From NCBI GenBank assembly GCA_951804945.1, contig OX638152.1:43772001-43836000 (forward strand): a DNA stretch of 64,000 nucleotides, read 5' to 3'. This stretch comes from Podarcis cretensis. Lineage: Eukaryota. The notes beneath the pieces were generated by a model. The model was not told the DNA's origin. It saw only the letters and a program-made list of their open reading frames with translations, and searched no databases. Shown here piece by piece: positions 52,276 to 64,000 of the stretch. The translations under genes and the position numbers were made by a program. Position 1 is the first letter of the stretch. The number at the start of each line of letters is the position of its first letter.

Positions 52276-52512
52276 ATGAATATGAGTCTGCTAGACCCAA
52301 GTCCCTTTCACAAATGAGAAAAAAGTTTTTCCATTTGTGAAATGGATTTAGCCTGTAATTTGTATTTTATTGTGATCTGCCCTGGGGGCCATTCAGCTGC
52401 AAGGCAGTATATAAATACACTAAATAAAAATAAATATGGAGGTTATGCCTGGGAAGCATGTAATGCAATAGTGGGGTTATTTTTATTTTCTCCTCAAGTG
52501 GCAGATGCTGTC

Positions 52513-52531
52513 TAGTAGTAGTAGTAGTAGT
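52513..52531. repeat. (TAG)n microsatellite
   Basis: Read directly from the sequence. Confidence 0.9.
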
Positions 52532-53098
52532 AATAAGAATAATAAGAGTTCGGGAGTGGGTTTAAGGTTTGTGAAGAAAAGAGTAATTTCAGCTGAAACT
52601 CAAACATATACAGCTTCACTCTCTTAATGCTATTTTTAAAAGTGAGATAGTTGAAAAGACAATTTGCATATATCATTAAATTTCCAATTACCATGTAAAT
52701 GACAACCAAAGCAGGCAAAGAGTTCAACACTTTGCTTGGATAAAAAAAATGTGTTGATTTTACAAGTTTTTTCATCAGATGTGAGGCTTTGAGAGTATGT
52801 ACCTATCATCAGTCTGACGATGTGAACAGCAAATAAGACTGCAATCCTTTCAGGTTGAAATAGCTTACTTTAAAAAAATGCACAGCAGGAATCCTTTCCC
52901 AAAACTAAAATAAATGACAAAGTAAAAGACCAGTCTTCCATAGGCACTTAATGAAGACATGCTTCAAGGCGTTTTCAGTACCAGAGATCACTTTACACCC
53001 CAGGACAAGAGAAAAACAGTAGAGTTTTGCAGTCAGAGGCTGCAATCAAAGGAGAATAAAGAATATAACAAAAATATATTGCTTGTTAAATCACTTAC

Positions 53099-53189
53099 AG
53101 TGGTTTTCCTTTGGATTCACAAATCAAAGTTATAGATTGTCCTTCTTCTGGCCATAACGTGGAAGGGATTATTTTAACTGACGGAAGAT
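53099..53189 (-). CDS. CADM2: CADM2 internal exon, N-terminal part of the third Ig domain (91 nt, phase 1 to 2)
   Basis: Minus strand reads tcttttttcag|AT CTT CCG ... AAA CCA CT|gtaagt. It translates to (Y)LPSVKIIPSTLWPEEGQSITLICESKGKP(L), matching recalled vertebrate CADM2 YTPSVKIIPSTPFPQEGQPLILTCESKGKPL. It splices in frame to 32504. Confidence 0.96.
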
Positions 53190-54459
53190 CTGAAAAAAGA
53201 TAATATTTGATGAATTACATGAAAACTGGACACCCATTGTATTATGCAAAGCATTTAAAAAGTGTGAGATTTCACTTATATATCCATGGACTTTAAGATT
53301 CTAATATATATTGTCCTTTGCCAACTGTAAGACCAGGTGGTAGTATGAGATTGTGCTGTGGCTTGTTGGTGAACTATAGCTTCTGCCACTGAGCACCACC
53401 AAATATGGATGGGGGCCTAATGCCCTTACAAGAGGGTGCTGCACTGTAACAAAAAAGCTGCCAGGAGAGTTTCTGGAACAACAAGTCATGCTTGGTAGAG
53501 GTGATGCCATCAGTGGCTAGTGTCAGCAGTTGCTATTCACTCTGTAGCCATGTACCTTTACTCAGCTGAATTAGCAGCCTTGCTACCTTCACTGCCACAC
53601 AGAAACACTCTCCAGAAAGGGTGCTGGACCTCTTCCCCGCCCCAATTCTGTAGCCCTGAGTGCTGCATGCTGTAGTCTACCAATGATTCACTGAACAAGC
53701 AACAGCTGGGTTCTAGAGGAAAATAAAGACACCCCTACATCATTGTGGGCATTCCTTGGAGAGCATGGTTATAAACAGATTTGCAATTGAAATAGAAAAT
53801 AGAAAAATGAATTTACTGAAAATGAATAACAAGCACTCCACACAGCCTTTGCTTTGTAGATGGATGTGAATATTATTACAAAAAAAGACTGCATTAAAAG
53901 TATATTCAAATGAACATATTTATTGGCATAGTAATTTGAATTCATAATAGAAAGTCTTCCATGAGCTCTTATAAATTTCTTTTTTAAAAAACCTTGCATT
54001 ACTGAGGATAAATTTCAGGAATGCAACAGTATTTCCCTCTTTTGTGAACATCCCTTGTAGTCTGATTTTTTAAAAAAACCTCAAACCATTTTTATGGGGA
54101 CATCAGATAAGAATACCACACTGTTGTATATAATCCATGCTAAACTTTAAAATATTATTTCTGTTTTATGCAATCAACTTTCAACAGAAAAGTCAGTCTT
54201 TGTCACTAGAGTGTGCAAAAAGAAAAGAATCACAGATGAAACTTGCAGATGAAATAACATTTGAATAAGGTCTGGCTAGGCCCACACTGGATCCAGCTGA
54301 ATTATGTCAAACAATGTAAATTGGCAATAATCCAAAACACAATTGAAAAGGAACCTGGTTCATGCTGAAAATACTGGTATATCCCCCACTTTATCTGTTG
54401 TCTCCAGTGCTTTTTTCCTCCCATATAATCTGACATTCGCTTCTATCAGGAAAAGTAAA

Positions 54460-54978
54460 AGAGACAGCATGGTGTAATGGTTACCATGCAGGACTAAGGC
54501 TGCATTCGGACATGGGTTTTATTGTATTAGATTTATCGATTATAATGCTAGTGCTGGGATATGGCCCCCAACTTTGTCACATGAAATTACAGTGCAAAAC
54601 TCCTACAAATTTCCAAGTTAACAGGGTTGTAAATGGTTGGGGTTTTTTTCTGGGAAAAATTAACATGAAATTGAGTGCTAAACTTCCACTAGTGGTTTTT
54701 ATGCTGTGTAGAACATCACATCAACCACATAAATTAACAAAGAAGAAAATGTTGGAAAGATGGGGGAAAGTGTCGTTTGAATGCAGCCTAAGAGTGGAGA
54801 AACCCAAGTTCAAATCCCTATTCAGCCACAGAGCCCACTGGATGACCTTGAAATAGTAGCTCTCTCAAAGCCTGACCTACTGTACAAGGTTATTTTGAAG
54901 ATAAACTATGTGGTGAGAATTATGTATGCCACTTTGAGTTCATTGGAGGAAAAATGGAATATAAATGTAGTAAATAAA
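54460..54978 (+). mobile_element. MIR-like CORE SINE split by a MITE
   Basis: Head gagacagcatggtgtaatggtt at 54461 resumes at 54789 with ...gaaacccaagttcaaatccc (B-box), ggatgaccttg (CORE-like) and an A-rich tail. Confidence 0.75.
54498..54788. mobile_element. PIF/Harbinger-type MITE
   Basis: TAA|ggctgcattcggac ... gtttgaatgcagcc|TAA, a TIR matching at 12 of 14 positions with a 3-bp TSD. Confidence 0.8.
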
Positions 54979-55058
54979 ACAAAAACAAAACATTCCTTGA
55001 GGACAACTGCTGGCTCCTATTCTACCAGCACCATCCACTCACTATGAGAAATATATAT

Positions 55059-55885
55059 TGTTATAAGTCCACTCCCCTTCCTGGGGGGGAGGTGTTGCGG
55101 GAGGGTATCCGGGACCTCCCAGTGTCCTGGCCGTGGCCGGAGGGATGCCGCCCGCATCATAGGGACTTCTGCCCACATCACGACCCCGGCTGGCCAATGA
55201 GGTTGGTGGGAGGGCTGCCTGCCTTGTACCCAGACTCCACTTTAATCTGGTTCCAGCTTTTGAAGACGCATTGTTGGCATGATTGCCCCCACCCTGTGGC
55301 AATCAACATACCCAACAAAATTGCTAATTGTGCAGTGGCATGGAAGGTGAAACTATTGAATGGTCGGGTGATATGGTTCCCTGCCACTACTTTTGACCAG
55401 GAGGCCTTGTTTCACAATGATGGTGTTCACCTTTCTGATATGGGAAATATTTGGCTGGTTGATATCGCTAAGAGATTGGTTGCAGGTGTGAGGGTGTTGG
55501 CGGTGAGCCTTTGGGGCTCGAGTGGTGGTTAGGCATTGAGTAAGCCTTGTTTATGAGAGGGGAGGTTGTTGCCTCCACTTGCCCTTCCACATTAAGGGTA
55601 TCCTGTTAAAGGGATCCGGGGGTATGGATCCTGTCTGAAACCTGGGCATGGGCTAGGGCCATGCCATGACCCCATCAGGGACCCTGGGGGTGCTATTAAT
55701 TGATGTATATCATAGGGTTCCTCCTACAGGTGGTTTACCCTTAGCAGACTCCCTGCAGACAGGCAGGAGTTAGGACATATTCCGGTTTCACCCAATGCCA
55801 AACCAAACCACTCTACATCTGTAACGAATGAAGTTGTGGCTTATTTTATCTCATTAATCTAAACATTTGTGTCCATGTGTTTATT
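55059..55885 (+). mobile_element. SGNH-hydrolase-bearing retroelement fragment (Ngaro/DIRS-like), copy 2
   Basis: The C-terminal part of ORF 55044..55532, YPDSTLIWFQLL...NGRVIWFPATTFDQEALFHNDGVHLSDMGNIWL, carries the SGNH block V DxxH motif. It is homologous to 805-1310. Confidence 0.7.
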
Positions 55886-56305
55886 AAGAATTCAGCCAGT
55901 TATAAAAACTGTTAGAATTTGGTCAGAGGGTGTTTTCAGTCAGCTCCCGGATTCTTTTGAAAGTACTGATTGGAGCGTGTTTGAACATCAAGATCTGCAC
56001 AGATACACAGACGCTGTACTTTCTTATATTAAAGTGTGTGCCGATAATGTAATAACGGAGAGGTGTATTAGAGTCTATGGGAACAGCAAACCCTGGATGA
56101 CTGCTGAAGTAAGGTCACTCCTGAAAGCTTGGGATACTGCCTTCAAGGCAGGGAACACAGATATATATACAGAGGGGCAAGAACAAAGCTCAGGAAAGGC
56201 ATCAAGGTGGCAAAACAACAATATAAGCTTAAGGTGGAGAATTGGCTAGCCAATAACAACACGAAACAAGTGTGGCAGGGACTGCAGCATCTAACCAATC
56301 ATAGG
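55886..56305 (+). mobile_element. Rex1/Babar-like LINE ORF fragment (endonuclease-RT linker), frameshifted
   Basis: PVIKTVRIWSE...DSFESTDWSVF...YTDAVLSYIKVCADNVI...NSKPWMT continues in another frame as ARTKLRKGIKVAKQQYKLKVE...KQVWQGLQHLTNH. These motifs are recalled as characteristic of Rex1. Confidence 0.8.
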
Positions 56306-58112
56306 CCTCCTGATAGGTTTCTGTCGTGCCAAAAGGTTTCCTTGACCTCTCAAGACCTTCAAAATGTGTCCCTCGATAAAGAATAACAGAAAAAAATGAT
56401 TATGCTCACGTTCCACTCACCAGTCACTCCCAGTTAGGCCCTGGAGGATTGATCAGGGGTCAATGTGGCTCTCAGCCTGAAGAAGGCTAGCCATCTCTGT
56501 TTTATTCTTATTCTTAGGTTGAAAGACTCTTAATTACTACACAGAACATGTACTTTCAAAATACCAAACAGTAAAGTGACCACATAACTTATATGGATTT
56601 CAACTATCTAGCTTGGGTAGCATTTGCTTGCACATCTTTATTTTTTTTGCAAACAAATCTGGTGCCTGCAGTTCTTCTTCTCTTGGTATTTTGCATTTGA
56701 TATTCATTTTTAATTAGAAGTACTTCTATTCTTTCACGGCTTGTTAACACTTTCATTTGGGAAGCTCAGCTTTCATTAGCCATGTGAATAATCACTATTC
56801 ATTGCAGTAAAGTCCATTTCTTGCAATAACCTTGCTCTGACCTGATTACCCGTTAAACTACAAAAAACAGTGTCTAATTAGCCCATCAGTTCATGTTCAA
56901 ATTCACATGACCTAGCTTCATTAGAAAAGGTCTGTAACATAAATGTCTACGGTCTCCCCTGACTACGTCTAAGGAAAACGTTTCTTAGTCCTGATATGCC
57001 TGCTGGATCATACTAGGAAAAAATGTAGCACTGCAGTCATCCCTTCACTTCCCTATCAGATTCCACCTGGAAAAGTGTTTCCAATCGCTTTGTTTAGTTA
57101 TAACTGCCACCACTGTGGATAAACATAAGAAACATATCTAATGATGGGTTCTTTTCTTTTTGGTTTCCTGGAGTGAACAAGTTGTTTCTTTCATTCTTTT
57201 CTTGTGGGCTTCCTGGAGGCAACTGGCTTTCCTTTGATTCAAAACTACCTGATTTACAATGAGGATGTGTAACCCAGTGCTCACTTAAGAGACTCTCTAG
57301 CAGGTAATCCAAACCCTGAACACAATCACTTGGAGGTAGTTACCAGAAGTGTTGGGAGCTTGCCATATGACTGAGCCCCAACAGGAAAAAAGGCAGGGAT
57401 ATAAGTAAATAAATATATAAGAATATGTGAAGATGATTATCTTGATTTAAAGAGGATAAAAGGTCAGCAAGTGATACAGGGTACACACATATTACAGAAA
57501 TAGAAACCATATTGAAAGATATGGGGGGGACGCACAAAATAAATTCTACATTTCAAAAACATGCTTGTTTTCCTTCATTCCACTCTTTTCTACAAAAAAA
57601 TCTCTCTTATTATTACACGGCATGAATACTTATTAGAAAAGCTTTATTTAGTTCTTAGAAATAATATGAATTGCTGAATTCAATTAGGTACTTTCAAGAA
57701 AGCTAATATCCTTAATCCTTTTGTGTTCAGCTCTTTAAATGGTTGATTGAAAGTTCTGAGAATGCTTAAATATACACCTGCTGTCTCTCCTTCTGAGACC
57801 TTGAGTGTCAAAGCTTGATTCTACAGACTGTTTTTTCATACTTCGCTTTAATACTTGAAACAGTTGGAGATGATAGGTCTTGTTCTCTTTCTCCAAAGTT
57901 CCCAAACTTGGGGAAAATGTCTGCATTGAGTAAGCAAATCCAAGTTAAGCATCGCTAAGGAAACAGAGTAATGGGGTGGGGAGCAGTAGTCGGGTGTCAC
58001 ACTTCAGGGAGGCTTTTCAATGAGGCCTTTTCTTAGCTCTTTGACAAATAATAAAGCCAACCGACTCTGAGAATATTCCTAGAAGGGACCATGTTGTACA
58101 ACTCACAAGCTA

Positions 58113-58316
58113 AGGCTGTGTATATTTAAAGCAAATTTTAAGCATGCACTCACAGATCCTGGGGACTATAGTTTTAATAGGGTGCTGGGAATTGTAGCTC
58201 TCAGAGTGGTAGTTCCCAAGATTCTTGGGGGAAGAAAAGGTGCTTTAAATGTATGGTGTGCACACAGTCAGAATCTGTTTAAAGCACCTTTTCTTCCCCT
58301 CAAAATCCTGGGAACT
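58113..58316. mobile_element. Harbinger-like MITE remnants forming an inverted repeat
   Basis: agttcccaagattcttgggggaagaaaaggtgctttaaa pairs with tttaaagcaccttttcttcccctcaaaatcctgggaact. It shares gggaattgtagctc with the 50746 MITE. Confidence 0.6.
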
Positions 58317-58626
58317 TATACTCCTAGCTAATAACAAAACTAAACCAATTAAACCAGTGGCCTAACAATAGGTTGTCTTATCCCTAGTATGTATGGAAGT
58401 GTGTAATGTTGCATTGCTCTTTTATATCTGACCTTTTGCTGTTCAGTTCTCTCTCCATTTTGGGAGTCAAGATGTTCAGGTGTCCACATGTCCTGTAAAC
58501 ATGAGGCTTGGTGTAGACATATCATTTAACCCTGGTTTACATTTAAATATTCTGAATGTATTGACAAACCATTGTGTAGTCTGATAAGAGAAGCATCCTC
58601 CTTTGACTTGTCTTCCTTCTTTATAA

Positions 58627-59447
58627 TGTTACGAGTTAGTGGGGGAACAGGGATCCCTCAGTCCCCTCAGTGCCAGATTTCCACCGCTAGATTCTTGGGT
58701 GCTGGGGTTTAATCAGAGCCATAGCGGTCAACTTTCAGATTTGAAAATAAGGGATCAGCAGCCTCAAAAATAAGGGATCAGCAGCCTCACCTGTCCCAGG
58801 GACAGTCTACAGGATATCTAACAATCCAGGATAGCAGCGGGAAACGGCGCTGGAATAAGGGAATTTCCCGCAAAAAAAAGGGAAGGTGGACAGCTATGAT
58901 CAGAGCTGACAGGCTGCAGCTTGTTTTAGTGCCAGACAGATGGCAGAGGGAGATGATGGCCCTGACATTAAGCCATCTACAATACAAAAAACCGTACAGA
59001 TAACTGAGGAGGAAGTTGTCAGGGTAATGTGGGTGTGGTGTAACAAAGGAAAATCATCACATTTTAAAACTAAGGTTAGAATAGCGGGGAGAAAGGGAGG
59101 AGTTGCTTGGCAAGGGGTTTTCTGGGAAGAAGAAGCAGGAAAGAGGTAGAACTTGTGGGGGCTGAAGTTAAGAACCACCTGAAAGTGGGTCAGAGGTATG
59201 GAAATGTATTGGATTCTGACGCTGCCCTGCTGTGGGGAACAAGCCCCACTCGAGAGGTACTGCTGTGAACTCTTTTCCTCCATCAAGACCCAGGTGTATA
59301 AAATAAACCATATCTCTTAAAACACTGCAGTCTCTGCCATGCCTGAATTCTCAATGGGAAAAAATGGCCCTGAGTGAATGCCTGGAACCCCATGTAATCT
59401 TGCTATGGCTTGGCAGAGATTGGGGGTGGCACGCAAACTCTGTAATG
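58627..59447 (+). mobile_element. Solo LTR (~820 bp), related to 15497-16099
   Basis: Starts TGTTAC and ends GTAATG (decayed GTAACA), with flanks ataa and atat. AATAAA lies near 59302. The 3' region is similar to the other copy. Confidence 0.65.
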
Positions 59448-60204
59448 ATATGAAGAGAAGAAGACCTGCTAGATAAGAGCATGGAACCATTTAGTAGAGA
59501 GTCCCATTTCTAACAGCAGTCAGCCAGATGCTTCTGGGAAGGCAGCAATCATGGCATGAAGACTCCCCCCCCCCACCACAAAAAAATCCTCTGAGAGGAT
59601 ATCCCAATTTGTTTCTGAACAGCTGGTATTTCATTTCTTGTGACAAAGAACTCCACATGCTAATCATACAGTGTATCAAGTAGTATGACCTTTCTGTTAT
59701 CCCTAAGCTTATTGCCAGTTAATTTCCACTAGTCCCCATTTATTTTCAGAGACTGGGATTTTTTCTGGAATATCGCTGGAATATCACTCTCACACAATGA
59801 AGTAGAAAGGGAAATTTGTTTCTACGTTATCTCAGGTAGCACTATATCAGTGTCCCAACCTTTCAAAGAGGTTGAGCACTGCTGAGCTGGAATGGGCAAC
59901 TTTACAACAACTCCTTAATAAGTTTACTCCATTCTGCTCAATGGTACTTATACCTGAGGAAGTGGACTGAGAATTGTACCCTTTAAACCACATTGCTGCC
60001 TCAAGTAGCTCCCCATCTCTCTCTGTAACATTGCTAAAACTGCTCTTTAAGCAATTCCGTTAACACTTTTCTCCCACTGGACACCCCCCACACCTTGAAT
60101 GATTCAGGTTCTCCCTAACTATACCAATTCCTCTGTCTTTTTATTTATTTGTGCCCTTTAGCCACCGTATATCAATCACTTGAAATAATTAGAGGTTAAG
60201 TACT

Positions 60205-60538
60205 GGGACGCGGGTGGTGCTGTGGGTTAAACCACAGAGCCTAGGGCATGCCGATCAGAAGGTCGGCGGTTCAAATCCCCATGACGGGGTGAGCTCCCGT
60301 TGCTCAGTCCCTGCTCCTGCCCACCAGCAGTTCGAAAGCACATCAAAGTGCAAGTAGATAAATAGGTACCACTCTGGCGGGAAGGTAAACAGCGTTTCTG
60401 TGCACTGCTCTGGTTCGCCAGAAGCGGCTTAGTCATGCTGGCCACATGACCCGGAAGCTGTACGCCGGCTCACTCAGCCAATAAAGTGAGATGAGCGCCG
60501 CAACCCCAGAGTCGGTCACGACTGGACCTAATGGTCAG
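60205..60538 (+). mobile_element. Sauria SINE lacking its 3' tail
   Basis: Head gggacgcgggtggtgctgtgggttaaacc, B-box ggttcaaatcc and core gcaagtagataaataggtacc. It stops at ...ggacctaatggtcag. Confidence 0.92.
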
Positions 60539-60953
60539 ACAGTGGCTCAACCACACACCTTCACACTGGATGAAAAGATAAGTGAACAAACCCTATTCTG
60601 GAACAGAGCCATAGACTGTTTGGAGATGTGCTGAGAACTTCAATAGAGCTCTGAGAAAGATAACTGATACGTGCACAAATATGTGATGGTGCATTCTTCC
60701 CACTTGAGTTTTGAGGAGCTTCATCTGATGGAGGGGAGATAAAAGCTGTGGCCATGTTAGAGTGTTTGGGAGAAGTTATTTAGGGAAACATCAGGGACAG
60801 CTACTTTTACCTGTCTATTCACAATGTCTATATCAATGGAGGAGGAACCTCTTCCAGAGGCAATGAGATGGATGTAAATATGATTATCGGTTCATAGTTA
60901 CTCACTAACCAGAGTTAGTGTAAATTACAGTTAGCAAGTCTACTTCAATCCAT

Positions 60954-61197
60954 GGGTGGTATCCAACAAAGTCATTCCATTAATTGAAGGATTCTACTTC
61001 CGCAACAGAACTTCCCCTCCCTCTCTCTCTCCCTGCACCCCTGTGCCCTTCCTAAATCTGTTCCAGAGGGTTGGGGGAACCACCAGAACAGATTGAGGTG
61101 CTACAGGGGGCAAACCCAGAGAGGGGAGGGAGGACAAGTGCCTTTTTTACAGCCAGAAGTCCCTGCACTCATGGAACTACTTCACTGGATACCTTCC
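60954..61197. mobile_element. Probable old MITE
   Basis: Inverted ends gggtggtatcca / tggataccttccc and internal inverted arms (aatctgttc / gaacagatt). Confidence 0.5.
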
Positions 61198-64000
61198 CCA
61201 CATTTTTAATTTTGATTTGCGGCTGATCACACACTCTATTCTGGCTAATCAGATGTAACAACTATCATTGAAGTTCCTTAATAATATGAGAGTTCAGCTT
61301 TTATTTACACTGAATGATAAAAAGAAACAATGAAAGGAAAAGTTGTGGACTTTCCAGCAACTGGAAATCATTTGGGTGTGGGTCTTTAAAAATATAACCA
61401 TGCCACACTTAACAACATCTGCAGCCAGCCTTAGAGAACAAGTGCTCCAGACTCAAGCATACTAATGCAGTGATTGCGTGTGGGTGAAGTTTTAAAGATC
61501 TTTTTAATAGCATTTCATATCCTAGAGTGCACCTGCTCTCTAATCTTGCCTTGTTGAACTCATTTTACACTATATTTATATTCCTATTTAATTTTTGTGC
61601 AGTCTATCAGCAGTTCCTTCTCTGTGTGTCACAGAGCAAATTAGTATGATTTAATCCACCATGTATCCAGTTTGGCTTCCACCACTTTATTTGAAATAGT
61701 GAACTAAAACTAATGTTATATCTCGATGACTTTATGACTTAATGACTCCTGAATATTTAAAGCTTTAATATATTTCTCTAATGTTTTTATTATTGTTATG
61801 TCGCTGAACCACAACAATTCAAGAAGTATTCTGAAAGATTATGGAAAAAAGACCACCTGGTACTAGCTAAACCCCTACTCAGTCAGAGCTTTTACACCAT
61901 TTCCTGCATAACTAATTCATTTATTATCTTTTGATTTAAAAAACGTAAAATGATATTTTAGTATTTTAGTATATTCATATTCTACGTGTTTATAGTACCT
62001 GTCTTCCAGATTTCTATTGATTTCTTTCCTAGCTTGGTGCCTCTACAAATCACAGCCACATTTCCAAAACATCTAAATATATAGCTGTGGAAAAGAGGTG
62101 ATATAGTATTCCAGGAAGACACACTGCACTTATAATTACATGGGCAAATCCAACTTGCTGGTTTTGCTCTTTAAAAAAGGACACATTTGTATAAATGTAC
62201 CCAGCAATTTCAAACACGTTACTTAAAAGCACTAATCACTGCAGTCTTTTTACTTGTACATAAATATTCTCAAATCGTTACGTCTGCAAATATAAATATA
62301 AGGCAATCACATAGGAAATTGGGTTTTTTTTTTTATAACTCTGACATTTCTTTAATTATTCCAGGAAACATTTTTTTTTTTCATTTCTTTTAATTGCAAG
62401 CTGAATGAAGCATTTGGTATTTTATGCCTAATAAATTATAACAAATTTAAATTTTAGGCCTATATATGTTTTTAGGGAAACAACAACAAATACTACACCA
62501 TACAGATGATTTTCTGTAGATCATAAGGGAAAAAAGATTATGGGCATGATTAAGCCAAAGTATACTAAAATCCTATTGATATCAAATATCAATAGAATTA
62601 GCTTCATTCTCCCAAATAATTTGTATATGCATAGATTTGAATGACAAATTAAGAATAAAACTTAAGAACAAGTTACTGTATTGAAATGAATAAAAAAAGA
62701 ACTAGTGAGTTCACATTCTGCAATACAGTGCTCATGAGATAACAGTCAATAAAAAGTGCTTTCCTTAATTCCTGACTAATAAGTTACTATTGAACATATA
62801 ACAATGTGATTTATGTTGAAAACAACAACATGACTGCAATTAGGCCTAAGCATAGATAGATGAGGACCATCAGCATACAGCCTTATTTTCCTTCCACTTT
62901 AGCTTGCTACTAACAATGGATGAATAGGGAATTCTGTCAGCTTGAATGAGATATTAGTCAGCCATTGTGAGCAGCATAAAAGAACACTACGAAAAGGTAA
63001 ATTTACCCACCTATCATCAAGCTGTAATTATTGTGCATCTACAACACATTTCCAGAAATGAATGTCCATTCTTGCAGTACTACTTTGGGAATTTTGTGCG
63101 TGTATGGGAGAAGGCAATGCTTTGCCTAGGCAAAGATTTTTATTTTTATTTTTAAATAAAGCAGGTCACTAAATTTGCATTTTTATGAAATATAATTATT
63201 GTCCCATGAGTATTAGTTGGAAATCACCTGTACGTTTTTTAAAAGATCTGATTGATTTGTCTGAATCTAGTCAAAATTAGGGCCTGGGGTTAATCTGGAC
63301 TCTGCCAGACCTGCAGAACTATCAACTATAGCAAATTTCAAGCTCACAGTAGAGAAGCCATGAAGGATCAAAATGAATGAAACAGAGAACTCTGTCATTT
63401 CAGCTTGGAACTTTCTGTTGAATTTAACTGAGTGCTATGTGAGACCTTGGCATCCTGGATAATAAGATTAGAAGGAAGCATCATGCTGTCAGCATAATGA
63501 GAAGCTACCAACATGTAGACAACTGTCATGGTACCAAAATAAATGTGAGACTATAACATGTTTTGGAAAGGCAGTGCTGGAGTGCACCCAAGTGCTCTGT
63601 GCAAAGAACTGCTGATAAACAAGAGTCCAGATCATTATGGTAATTCATAGTCTATGTTTTATGTGACTTAACCCACTTACGTAATGCAAGCAAAAGGTGG
63701 AAGTCCTTTCTCCAGTCTAGTTTCTGATCAATGTAAAAACTGCAAGGAGCTCCCACCTCCACCAATGCCTGATGTTTATCCAACTCTTGTTTCAACTAGC
63801 TGAAAACAACAAGATCTGGCCTACTATGAACTTTATTCCAAAATGCTTAGGTGTTAGAGAACTTAGAACTTCTGTATTTCAACCAGCTGAGCTTCAGGAT
63901 ATTAGAAGGAGACTCCGTCAACCTACGTCGCTTCCTCTGATTTATCACTTTGTCAATACCATGATTAGTTTATGACATTACTAAAACAAACATATATTAT

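Noticed and set aside
58744-58789. Perfect 23-bp tandem duplication
   Set aside because: It is a simple local duplication inside an LTR relic, with no evidence of function.

Overview
This is eukaryotic genomic DNA from a squamate, most likely a lacertid lizard, inferred from the Sauria-type SINEs. The whole window lies inside one minus-strand gene, CADM2 (SynCAM2/Necl-3). Three coding exons are readable with canonical AG/GT boundaries and compatible phases: 53099-53189 and 32326-32504 encode the third Ig domain, and 18701-18817 encodes the Thr-rich stalk cassette. I did not find the Ig2 or transmembrane exons, so they presumably lie outside the window. The rest is AT-rich intron filled with transposon relics: Sauria, CORE and tRNA-CR1 SINEs; CR1, L2, RTE, RTE-X and Rex1-like LINE fragments; two related solo LTRs; two copies of an SGNH-hydrolase-bearing (Ngaro-like) element; and many hAT, Harbinger and mariner MITEs, several of them nested. 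Most ORFs in the supplied track are spurious. I cannot support a wholly new biological system here. The best leads are unannotated candidate alternative exons in the CADM2 juxtamembrane introns and the SGNH-hydrolase retroelement family. Family names come from recalled motifs, not database searches.
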